DNA of 60,824 nucleotides from a virus (taxonomy: Duplodnaviria; Caudoviricetes): positions 1 through 60,824 of IMG/VR virus record IMGVR_UViG_3300045738_001878. One strand, given 5' to 3'. Positions 29,770-38,737 of this stretch are shown one piece after another. The position numbers and the translations under genes were made by a program. The notes below the pieces were generated by a model. That model ran no database searches. It saw only the letters and a program-made list of their open reading frames with translations, and had not been told where the DNA came from. Numbering within the stretch: the first letter of the stretch is position 1; each line of letters opens with the position of its first letter.

Positions 29770-32034
29770 ATGACCATACCGACTTCTAGTAACTACCCCG
29801 CATCTTTTGATACTAATACAAATCTGTACGAAGTACACGATTCTCTACGGGTTCGATTGGTAGAAGACTATGATCCCGATGACAAATCTATAACAATTGC
29901 AGGAGATACAAGTGATTTCCCCCCTACAGGTCTGATTACACTAACAGAGCAATGTAGCGATATTGACCTACGAGCCATTAGCTTTTTTTATGGATCAAAA
30001 ACAGAAACCACATTTGACAAACTAGAAAAACTTCCTGAGTTTACGGATGTCATTAAGCCAAAAAGCATAACCAATGTTACTCAAAATGTGATGGCCTTTC
30101 ATCACAATAGTCTAAAAGATGCTCTTATCGCCATCCAGGAATTTATTGGTGTAGAGGGGACAGTAGACCTTTCTCCTTTAGGTGACACATTAGTTGGCCG
30201 AATTGGATTTCTTAGAAAGTTAGTTCTTACTCCCAAAGCATGGTTCACACAAGACAAACGAATTGGATTAACTCCTCTTACGATTGTTTTTACAGATCAG
30301 AGTTTTACTCTAGGTGACAATACAGTAACATTCATTTGGGATTTCGGGGATCAGACCACATCCAATATTTCTTTTATTTCTACCATTTCTGCAACGAGTG
30401 TTGTGCCAGTAGATGCGGTTAATGTGATTGTAGATGACCTTAATGGTGGCACAATAGAAAAAACATACAACACCCCTGGATTTTTTGATGTTAAGCTAAC
30501 GGTTAAGAATGAATTTGGAGAGGATACAGTTACCTTTAAAAATCTCATCAATAGTAGAATGGAAGCACCTAATGAGGCCGTCGTCAACTTTATTCCCAGA
30601 GCGGGGCAAACAACCACAGCAGGCGATCCAACTGGTGGCCCATTTACTACACCGCCAACAATCCGCTCAACCATAAACACATTCATTGACATGGAAGTTC
30701 CAAGTGGTGAAAATCTCACTACTCCAGGTATTTCATATGGCGGTGAAGAGTTAGATGGTAGTGGATCACCACTAGACCCAATTGCCGCATATACATGGTC
30801 GCTGGGTGACGATCTCAGTCATAGCAATTCTGCATCTGCTAGAGCTTCGTATAGCGTCGGTGGTATTTATGATTTAAAACTACGTGTTGACTCGCAATTC
30901 GGTTCATACAGAATCACGACGTATGAAGATTCCATCAATATTATTGAAAGACACAATCTATTTTTATGGACGACATCTGGAACTTCTGCTACTGCTCATG
31001 AATTTGGATTGGTTAGTGAAACATTTCAGACCGTAGGCAATAACACATACACAATTTCTAAAGATAATAGTTTTCTTGATGGCACCAATGGTGAAACAAG
31101 AGCCAAAACAGAATTTAACAAAAATACAGGATTCGCCAAAAGAGGAACAACACCTTCCGGTGACCGGGGAACAGCTTTATTGTTCTATGCTGGTGGCGGC
31201 ACCACTTTAAGCGCAATTGGCGATCAAGAAGCCAAGATGTTTGAATATAATGGATTTGACGACACCTACACAACGGATAGTACAATCACTATTACCCGTC
31301 CCTGGAACTGGATATTCCTCGCCTCTTCATCTAATGTGCATTTATTGCTTGGACCCGATCCTGGTTTATTGGCAAACGACAATGCTTCTTACCAACTTTT
31401 GCATACTTTGGACATGATTCCAAGTTTGTCACTTTCAAGTAGCACATTAGATGGCAGTAATTATGCCAGTGGTGCAAATGATTTATTACAAAATGTAACG
31501 GCTGGGTTTGACGGCGATGGTGAGCCAAATGATGGAAGATATTCCGTTTATCGCACCACTTGGAAGGATTCAACTGGTTATATTGTACGAAACGATGGAG
31601 TGGGGTCGTTCTTTAGAATCAAAAGCTTCTACAGAACAGAAGGAACATTAACGGACCAATTACAGTCAATCAAAAAATTACCAGATATAGTAGGTACTAC
31701 CAAATTAGAAGGAGAACTAGTTACATTAACCAATGGAGTGTTTTTCTTTAGCAACTCAGGAAATATATCGGCATATAATGATACGAGCGGCACTTGGGAG
31801 ACAGGTGGCCCAAGTGCAAGCTCTGCTACATTTAGATCGGTTCAAGATACAACTACATCGGGATTTGACGATCAAACAAACACACTATTGGCCACTTCTG
31901 ATGAAGATCGTATCGCTTATCTTAGCTATGACTATAGTAGCAATGCTCTTATTAAATACAACGGAACCGATTCATCATTTACAAATGTTGGCACAAGGCC
32001 AAGCGGGAGCCAATGGATTATGGGTATCTACTAA
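29770..32034 (+). CDS. PKD-domain virion protein (paralog 2) with large Thr/Ser-rich C-terminal domain
   Basis: WDFGDQ...YNTPG.FDVKLTV; YTWSLGDD; shared N-terminal domain with AFHHN. Confidence 0.85.
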   Translation: MTIPTSSNYPASFDTNTNLYEVHDSLRVRLVEDYDPDDKSITIAGDTSDFPPTGLITLTEQCSDIDLRAISFFYGSKTETTFDKLEKLPEFTDVIKPKSITNVTQNVMAFHHNSLKDALIAIQEFIGVEGTVDLSPLGDTLVGRIGFLRKLVLTPKAWFTQDKRIGLTPLTIVFTDQSFTLGDNTVTFIWDFGDQTTSNISFISTISATSVVPVDAVNVIVDDLNGGTIEKTYNTPGFFDVKLTVKNEFGEDTVTFKNLINSRMEAPNEAVVNFIPRAGQTTTAGDPTGGPFTTPPTIRSTINTFIDMEVPSGENLTTPGISYGGEELDGSGSPLDPIAAYTWSLGDDLSHSNSASARASYSVGGIYDLKLRVDSQFGSYRITTYEDSINIIERHNLFLWTTSGTSATAHEFGLVSETFQTVGNNTYTISKDNSFLDGTNGETRAKTEFNKNTGFAKRGTTPSGDRGTALLFYAGGGTTLSAIGDQEAKMFEYNGFDDTYTTDSTITITRPWNWIFLASSSNVHLLLGPDPGLLANDNASYQLLHTLDMIPSLSLSSSTLDGSNYASGANDLLQNVTAGFDGDGEPNDGRYSVYRTTWKDSTGYIVRNDGVGSFFRIKSFYRTEGTLTDQLQSIKKLPDIVGTTKLEGELVTLTNGVFFFSNSGNISAYNDTSGTWETGGPSASSATFRSVQDTTTSGFDDQTNTLLATSDEDRIAYLSYDYSSNALIKYNGTDSSFTNVGTRPSGSQWIMGIY

Positions 32035-32100
32035 TGAAGCCGCAGGATCGGCTTTACATTGACCGTGGCTTCCAAACAATGAATGCTTGTGAGTCACGGA
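32033..32100 (+). other. Two adjacent intergenic hairpins
   Basis: AATG-AAGCCG pairs with CGGCTT-CATT (32033-32060); CCGTGGCT pairs with AGTCACGG (32063-32099). Confidence 0.4.
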
Positions 32101-32164
32101 TGATTATAACGGAGACTTCAAAGAAAAGGGCTAAATAAGGAGAGGAAACTATTTAGGAAAAAAT

Positions 32165-35100
32165 ATGGCAGTTGGATTCCCACCAGTTCCGGTATACCCG
32201 AAAGCTACAGACTCGGATTATACACTTTTTTTAGTGCATAATACATCTGAGGCAAAGCTAGCGTCTATAAACTATCCTTGGGCAGAAGAAATAGAAATTG
32301 AGCCTGTTGATGATAGCGACACTGAACAATGGGGCGAAAATGGATTTGCAAATATCGCTGGAGAATTATTTTACTACGATGCTGTAGAGAAGGATTCTAA
32401 TGGAAAAATATTTAAGTTAAAAAGATGCGCTAGAAACCTGGGCGGGAGCAAGACCAAATATAACGAAGTTGGGACTATGGTTCGTGGCTTCGTTATTGCC
32501 GAACATCATGACCAATTGGTAGATGTTGTCATACAAATTGAACAATTTGTAGGAGCTATTTGTGATGTGGTCAATATCGGGGAAGTCGGCGTTATTAAAG
32601 ACAGTTTAGATTGCAAAATCAGGCTTCTTGACCTAGAACCAGATTGTGTTGATGATTACTGCCCGGATGTAGAGTTTAGATTTGATATTGATGAAGAAGC
32701 AACCAATAATTGTGAGGGCACGGTTACCTTTTTTGCAGTTACTATTGCTGGTCAATTCGATGGATTTAGAATTGACTTTGGCGATGGAACTTTTACCACC
32801 TCAGATCAAACTGGAACAAAAACATTTCCGCCAAATGCAACTATCGATCCCGTTGTAACCGTCAACAGCAGTGAGTGCCAGATTGTTCAAACACCAATTG
32901 AAAGAACGAATCCAGAAGAACCACCGCCCACGCCCGAAGATGTGCCATTTGAAATACCAATTCCAGAAATTCCAGATTTTCCGAATATTGTGATTCCTTC
33001 ATTTGAACCACCGGATAATGAGCTTACATTGCCTCCAATTGTGTTTCCGTGTTTAGATGTTGGGCCATTGGGTCCTATAAATATACCCTCAATAATTATT
33101 ATTGAACCACCAATTGATTTACCAAGTGTAATAATTATTACTGAAGTAAATATACCGAGCTTGATTTCGATTACTCCAATAAATATACCGAGCGTAATTT
33201 CGATTATCGGCTTCAACGTACCATCAATTTCGCCGATTGCATTTGGGCCTGCCCCTTCGTTCTCGCCGATTTCATTTGGGCCTGCCCCTTCGTTCTCGCC
33301 GATTGCATTTGGGCCTGCCCCTTCGTTCTCGCCGATTGCATTTGGGCCTGCCCCTTCGTTCTCGCCAATTAGTTTTGATGTCGGCGTTAGCGTCACCATT
33401 GACATTCCATCGAACATAATTACTGAAATTCCATCTATCATCATTGTGATAGATGAAATTCCATCTATCATCATAGTGGAAGATGACATCCCATCTATCA
33501 TCACTGTGGAAGCCGACATTCCATCTGTCATCACTGTGGAAGTTGACATTCCATCTGTCATTAACGTGGTCGATGACATCCCATCTATCATCATTGTGCA
33601 AGCCGACATTCCATCTGTCATTAACGTGGACGTTGACATTCCAACGATCATTGTCGTGACAGATGACATCCCAACGATCATCACGGTATACGATGACATT
33701 CCAACGACCATTTACGTGTACGATGACATTCCAACTGTCATTTACGTGTACGATGACATTCCAACTGTCATCTCGGTATACGATGACATCCCAACGACCA
33801 TTTACGTGTCCGATGACATTCCAACGACCATCTCGGTGACAGATGACATCCCAACGACCATCTCGGTGGTAGGTGAAATTCCATCGACCATCACGATAGA
33901 AGGTGAAATTCCATCGACCATCACGCTAGAAGGTGACATTCCATCGACCATCTCAATTGATGGCAGCATTCCATCGACCATCACTGTACAGGATGACATC
34001 CCACCGGTCATCGTTGTGACTGACTCCATTCCATCGACCATCATTGTAACTGGCGATGTTTCCGTTCCATCTATCATTAACGTGCTCGATGACATCCCAA
34101 CGACCATCACGGTGTACGATGACATTCCAACGTCCATCTCGGTGTCCGATGACATTCCACCGATCATCAGTGTACAGGATGACATTCCAACTGTCATCTC
34201 AGTTGAGGGATGTGACTTTCCATCGATCATCACGGTTTCTGGAGATGCCACTTGCCCATCGATCATCGAGGTAACCGATGATATCCCAACGATCATCAAT
34301 GTAAACGATTCCATCCCATCGGAAATTAATATAATATGTGACAGTGATTGTCTTCCATCAACCATCGAGGTTAATTTTAATGGAGTGTGCTGCTCGGAGA
34401 TTTATGTGCTCGATGACATCCCATCTATCATCACTGTGACAGATGACATCCCAACGATCATCACGGTGATAGATACCATCCCAACGACCATCACGGTGTA
34501 CGATGACATTCCATCGGCCATCAACGTGTACGATAATATACCGACCACGATTAGCGTGACCGACAATCTACCGACCACGATTAGCGTGACCGATGATCTG
34601 CCAACCACCATCAGCGTGACTTGGGACAGTCCGCCATCATTAGTCGTAACCTGGGACTCGCCCCCAACGGTTTCATGTGTAGTGACAGTTGAGTGCCCAG
34701 GTTCAAGTTCAACACCATTGATGGCATTAAGGAATGGCTCGCCATTTGATGACAATTTTGCAGATTCTTTTGGTGATGAAATGATAGCGGTTGAGACGGG
34801 AGACATAGGAATCCCATCTGAAATCAAGGTCATTGCACCAAAAATACCGGATATAAAAGTAATACACGACATCCCAGTAAGCATCAATTTAGAAGTTCCA
34901 TATATTCCAGATGTAAAGTTGGTTGGCGATAACATCCCCACCGAGATCACAGTAATTAGTGATAATGTTATCCCAGAAATCATTTCTTTGGTACATGATT
35001 TACCAGAGGTTATTAAATTAGAATCCAACCTGCCAGAAGCGATTCGACTTATCGTACCGGAAACAATGCCTTCTAGTATTGTTCTAGATGGCTCGGAAAT

Positions 35101-35308
35101 TCCATCTACAATTCAAGTGATTGGCATCCCTGAATCCATCGAGCTAAAGGGTTCGTTACCTAGTGAAATCATAATTAAAGCTCCAGAAAATTTAGAGGTT
35201 CCACTCGTCTACAAGGGCGGACCCGTACCTATAGAATTTACAACACAAAATATCACAAGTGCCGACGATGGAAAAGGGCCTTGTTTCCGTTTTGTACCTT
35301 GCGACTAA
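32165..35308 (+). CDS. PKD-domain fibre protein (paralog 3) with a long 10-aa DDIP[S/T]xIxV repeat shaft
   Basis: AEHHD N-terminal domain; IDFGDG PKD; dozens of IP[S/T]xI units. Confidence 0.85.
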   Translation: MAVGFPPVPVYPKATDSDYTLFLVHNTSEAKLASINYPWAEEIEIEPVDDSDTEQWGENGFANIAGELFYYDAVEKDSNGKIFKLKRCARNLGGSKTKYNEVGTMVRGFVIAEHHDQLVDVVIQIEQFVGAICDVVNIGEVGVIKDSLDCKIRLLDLEPDCVDDYCPDVEFRFDIDEEATNNCEGTVTFFAVTIAGQFDGFRIDFGDGTFTTSDQTGTKTFPPNATIDPVVTVNSSECQIVQTPIERTNPEEPPPTPEDVPFEIPIPEIPDFPNIVIPSFEPPDNELTLPPIVFPCLDVGPLGPINIPSIIIIEPPIDLPSVIIITEVNIPSLISITPINIPSVISIIGFNVPSISPIAFGPAPSFSPISFGPAPSFSPIAFGPAPSFSPIAFGPAPSFSPISFDVGVSVTIDIPSNIITEIPSIIIVIDEIPSIIIVEDDIPSIITVEADIPSVITVEVDIPSVINVVDDIPSIIIVQADIPSVINVDVDIPTIIVVTDDIPTIITVYDDIPTTIYVYDDIPTVIYVYDDIPTVISVYDDIPTTIYVSDDIPTTISVTDDIPTTISVVGEIPSTITIEGEIPSTITLEGDIPSTISIDGSIPSTITVQDDIPPVIVVTDSIPSTIIVTGDVSVPSIINVLDDIPTTITVYDDIPTSISVSDDIPPIISVQDDIPTVISVEGCDFPSIITVSGDATCPSIIEVTDDIPTIINVNDSIPSEINIICDSDCLPSTIEVNFNGVCCSEIYVLDDIPSIITVTDDIPTIITVIDTIPTTITVYDDIPSAINVYDNIPTTISVTDNLPTTISVTDDLPTTISVTWDSPPSLVVTWDSPPTVSCVVTVECPGSSSTPLMALRNGSPFDDNFADSFGDEMIAVETGDIGIPSEIKVIAPKIPDIKVIHDIPVSINLEVPYIPDVKLVGDNIPTEITVISDNVIPEIISLVHDLPEVIKLESNLPEAIRLIVPETMPSSIVLDGSEIPSTIQVIGIPESIELKGSLPSEIIIKAPENLEVPLVYKGGPVPIEFTTQNITSADDGKGPCFRFVPCD
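33230..33366 (+). repeat. 33-nt tandem repeat x4 (SPIAFGPAPSF)
   Basis: tcgccgattgcatttgggcctgccccttcgttc in near-identical copies. Confidence 0.95.
33400..34660 (+). repeat. 30-nt degenerate tandem repeat (about 40 copies, DDIPTTITVY-type)
   Basis: gatgacattccaacgaccatc-like units every 30 nt, in frame. Confidence 0.92.
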
Positions 35309-36165
35309 TGAGAATAAAAAAACACTCTAATAAAAACGAGTATATCCTCACAGAAGATAATATCTGGGTGAGGAATCTGTACAACAGACATGCGCCCATA
35401 TTTGACATAAATCAATTAGGTAAGAAGGATTACCAATTGCTTTTGTCCAATGAGTTATTAAACAAGAATGAAAGATACCAAAATATAGACACCGAAGAAG
35501 TACATCACCCATACGCAGTAATTGTATCGGATGGATATGATTTCAATAATAAGCAAGAAATGTTAGCCAAGTTGCCAAAGAATGTATCCATCATTGCAAC
35601 TAATGGAGCACTAGCAGGGTGGCGTCTTGTGGGGGACAATTGCCCCAATGACTTATTGAGAAGAATAGACTATTTTGTTGTAAACAATCCATATGAAGAA
35701 TGCATGATTTACCTACCAAGAAGTCATCAATATTTCCCAGGATGCATTGCTTCTACTAGGACAAACCCACAATTTTTAGAAGAATATCGTGGTAGCAAAT
35801 TTATTTATATTCCGGCTATGGGAGAAAACTACTCTGGTCCAAAATTAGATTGCAACTACAAAATAGATGATTATCGAAACCCAATCTGTGCTTCCATTGG
35901 GCTAGCTTGCAGATTCGGAATTCAGAAACTTTTAATGTTTTGCTGTGATGATTCATTTGCCGATGAAAGGCCATCAGCCATTCATTTGGAAAATAATTTA
36001 TGGGCTTATGAACAGCAATTGTTATCGCACAACATTATTGACGGATATTTATACTGGCTCAAAAAAGCAAAAGTTAAACTAGGAGACCATTCCAGTGGTC
36101 CAAAGTTAAAAAATGCTACATATATAGAGACAGTAGAAGATATGCTAGAGTTTTTTGAGGAATAA
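35308..36165 (+). CDS. DUF115/Maf-like (MptE-like) glycosyltransferase-family protein
   Basis: AVIVSDG; IIATNGAL; IDYFVV; SIGLA..FG..KL.M.CCD.SF; start MRIKK by TAATG coupling. Confidence 0.55.
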   Translation: MRIKKHSNKNEYILTEDNIWVRNLYNRHAPIFDINQLGKKDYQLLLSNELLNKNERYQNIDTEEVHHPYAVIVSDGYDFNNKQEMLAKLPKNVSIIATNGALAGWRLVGDNCPNDLLRRIDYFVVNNPYEECMIYLPRSHQYFPGCIASTRTNPQFLEEYRGSKFIYIPAMGENYSGPKLDCNYKIDDYRNPICASIGLACRFGIQKLLMFCCDDSFADERPSAIHLENNLWAYEQQLLSHNIIDGYLYWLKKAKVKLGDHSSGPKLKNATYIETVEDMLEFFEE

Positions 36166-36166
36166 G

Positions 36167-36469
36167 ATGAGCAGTAAACCAACATTCTCTTTTGATGATT
36201 TTAGGAAGTGGATGAAAGATCAAGACGACCAAGGCGGCCCACATATTGATCGCCCAAAAAAAAGCCTTATCGGAACAGTTATAGAGTGTAAAGTTAGTCT
36301 CAAAAATCTAATCAGCAAAATGGACCTAGATGAAGGAGACTCACATGAGGTTGCCTACGATTTCCATGAAAATGGAGGAACCATTACCCAAGTTGACGGC
36401 AAGAATTTCTTGGTGGAAGTAGATTCTGGGTCATTTTACATTCGACGAGTCTATGTTCGTAGAAGTTAA
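36167..36469 (+). CDS. Hypothetical protein (FDDFRKWMKD N-terminus)
   Basis: GAGG SD, TATATA at 36121. Confidence 0.7.
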   Translation: MSSKPTFSFDDFRKWMKDQDDQGGPHIDRPKKSLIGTVIECKVSLKNLISKMDLDEGDSHEVAYDFHENGGTITQVDGKNFLVEVDSGSFYIRRVYVRRS

Positions 36470-36867
36470 CTCTTCTTTCTTAACATCGAGTAGATATCTT
36501 TTATCTTTTTAACATTAGCTTCTTGCGGGCCATTTTCTTCGTCTGCTTCAAAATAAACTTTCAGAGAATCATGATCTCGATGAGCAGGCATAGAGTGAGT
36601 AGGCAAATTAGTATAGCCTCTATCTCTCAATGCGGCCTTTAGAGATTTGAAATTATCAGCACCCTCCAGCCAAGGCTCCCATAACATTCTATTGTCATAT
36701 ATGGTTTTAGATATACTTGCTTCAATTACAGGGGACAAACTGAGATCGGATATGTCTTGTATTCTGGTGGCTGGGATATTTTTGTCCTTGCCAGGGAAAA
36801 TACTAATTACTCTGATCCCCTTCTTGTCCCTCTTCCCCAGATATAGATACAGGCTCTTGTGCGCCAT
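36466..36867 (-). CDS. Hypothetical protein
   Basis: 133 aa, AAGGAG SD. Confidence 0.7.
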   Translation of the reverse strand: MAHKSLYLYLGKRDKKGIRVISIFPGKDKNIPATRIQDISDLSLSPVIEASISKTIYDNRMLWEPWLEGADNFKSLKAALRDRGYTNLPTHSMPAHRDHDSLKVYFEADEENGPQEANVKKIKDIYSMLRKKS

Positions 36868-36989
36868 ATAGCTCCTTAAAGAATTCTTCCAATACTATCA
36901 TAGTGTAGATGTCCCTAGAGCCAAATTGGTCCACAAAGGAATTAAATGTTTTGTATCCTTGAATAGTTTTTTCTTTAGATGGTTGTTTC

Positions 36990-37328
36990 ATGACAGTACC
37001 TTTCCCAGAATACGCAAAGATCAAAAACAAGTATTGCTTGTGTTATTTCGGCCCAAATAGGGATTATGTAAAACAACTAAAGTATGTACGTCCCTTAATG
37101 GAAAAAGAATTACCTGGAACTCTGATTTACCTCTGTTGCCGGGATGACTTATTTAACATTTTTGAGGGCGAGGATTACACCTTGCCAATGTCGGAAATTC
37201 AGGAACGAAAAAAAGAATTTGCTTATATACGGGAACTAACATACAACATGGAAGACCATCCAATTTTGGCTTTTCTGGAGGAATCTAAAATAAACTTGCC
37301 CAACAGCTATATGAAGTTTTTCCAATAG
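36990..37328 (+). CDS. Hypothetical protein, weak resemblance to the GT9 N-terminal domain
   Basis: G...D......RP.M.KE.PG..I..CC..D..NIF pattern. Confidence 0.5.
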   Translation: MTVPFPEYAKIKNKYCLCYFGPNRDYVKQLKYVRPLMEKELPGTLIYLCCRDDLFNIFEGEDYTLPMSEIQERKKEFAYIRELTYNMEDHPILAFLEESKINLPNSYMKFFQ

Positions 37329-37406
37329 ATGACCAAAATCAAATGATTAATTCTATATATCCTTGAAGACAAAGGCCAAATAGACACGTCCTCAAGGAGA
37401 AACATA

Positions 37407-37988
37407 ATGAGCGTATTTCAAGTAAATCTAAACAACGTAGAGCAAGGGCTTCTAGACAAGCACCCTACAACTGGTGTTCAAAATGCCATATCGTCGCAGC
37501 GAAATGTGTATGTCATGGGTCCGAATCATATCAATCGTCTACTGAGCGACGGCGAACAATTCACAGACTGCAACTATTGGAAGCGATTTGCATATCCACA
37601 AGTTTCACTAGCAGAAGCTATTGTAAATGTCATAACTGATGACGGTAGCGTATACAGCGATGTTGAGTCGGAAAATACGTATCCGAAGGTATACGACATC
37701 ACTGCTACTGCTGGGACCACATATGCAGCCAACCAAGCAGACATTCTTGGTGACACTAGTGGACACGCTGTGTTCGCACAAATTACCAATACTACTGCTT
37801 CTGGTTCTCTGAAGGTAAAACTAAACGGAATAGCAGATGGTATCTTCGACCTAGGATTTGGCGAGACTCAGGTATTTAACTCTGGCGATCTTTCGATTAG
37901 CATGATCGAAATCGACAACAGTACATCGGGCAACCCGACAAGCACTGTTCAAATCATCGTTTCTGTTCGCTCTATATGCAACAGTTAA
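37407..37988 (+). CDS. Beta-rich hypothetical (probable abundant virion) protein, copy A
   Basis: MSVFQVNLNN..QGLLD..DGEQFTDCNYWKRFAYPQVSL; AAGGAG SD; own promoter motif and terminator. Confidence 0.85.
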   Translation: MSVFQVNLNNVEQGLLDKHPTTGVQNAISSQRNVYVMGPNHINRLLSDGEQFTDCNYWKRFAYPQVSLAEAIVNVITDDGSVYSDVESENTYPKVYDITATAGTTYAANQADILGDTSGHAVFAQITNTTASGSLKVKLNGIADGIFDLGFGETQVFNSGDLSISMIEIDNSTSGNPTSTVQIIVSVRSICNS

Positions 37989-38007
37989 GTTGTTTCTGAC
38001 GAAATAA

Positions 38008-38039
38008 AAAAAACCCCGCCCTCACGGGCGGGGTTTTTT
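38008..38039 (+). terminator. Rho-independent terminator
   Basis: AAAAAACCCCGCCC-TCAC-GGGCGGGGTTTTTT. Confidence 0.92.
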
Positions 38040-38105
38040 GTTTCTACAGTTCTATATATTATTGAAGACAAAGGCCAGAGAGATATATCCCTCAAGGAGA
38101 ACATA

Positions 38106-38681
38106 ATGAGCGTATTTCAAGTAAATCTAAACAACACGGGGCAGGGGCTTCTTGACCAAGTTCATCAGACCACATCAGTACAGAGAACTATCTATGCTAT
38201 GGGTCCGGGTGGCGTAAGTCGCAAGCTAACAGACGGAGAACAATTCACAGATTGCAACTATTGGAAGCGATTTGCATATCCACAAGTTTCACTAGAAGAT
38301 GCTATTGTAGATGTGGTAACTGATGATGGCAGCGTATACAGCGATCTTGCTGTGGAAAATACATTTCCTAAAGTATACGATGTTACCGTAGACGCCAGTA
38401 GTACATATACATTGGCGACCAACATAGTAGATATTCTTGGTGACACTGGTGGACACGCTGTGTTCGCACAAATTACCAATACTACTGTCGCCGCTTCCGA
38501 CAAGAACGTAAAAGTTAAATTAAACGGATTGGCAGATAGTATTTTCGATCTAGCCAGTGGTGACACCCAGGTATTCAATGCTGGTGAACTAGCGATCACT
38601 CTAATTGAATTCGCAGATAATGGGTCCGAAGAACAAACCATTCAGATCGTTCTTTCAGTTCGCTCTTTGTGCGCTAGCTAA
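38106..38681 (+). CDS. Beta-rich hypothetical protein, copy B (tandem paralog)
   Basis: Long identical blocks with copy A (TDCNYWKRFAYPQVSL, GHAVFAQITNTT). Confidence 0.85.
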   Translation: MSVFQVNLNNTGQGLLDQVHQTTSVQRTIYAMGPGGVSRKLTDGEQFTDCNYWKRFAYPQVSLEDAIVDVVTDDGSVYSDLAVENTFPKVYDVTVDASSTYTLATNIVDILGDTGGHAVFAQITNTTVAASDKNVKVKLNGLADSIFDLASGDTQVFNAGELAITLIEFADNGSEEQTIQIVLSVRSLCAS

Positions 38682-38709
38682 CCCAAGTTTGTTTATAATG
38701 ACATAAATG

Positions 38710-38735
38710 AACCCCGCCCTCACGGGCGGGGTTTT
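38710..38735 (+). terminator. Rho-independent terminator with the same stem-loop as the 38008 copy; abuts the convergent fadA stop
   Basis: AACCCCGCCC-TCAC-GGGCGGGGTTTT. Confidence 0.9.
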
Positions 38736-38737
38736 AT

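Noticed and set aside
33230-34660. CRISPR array (30-33-nt repeats)
   Set aside because: Repeats are head-to-tail without unique spacers, multiples of 3, and vary at synonymous positions inside a CDS
36803-37030. 75-aa minus-strand ORF
   Set aside because: Overlaps the start of the + strand gene head-to-head and the next minus gene; more likely a divergent promoter gap
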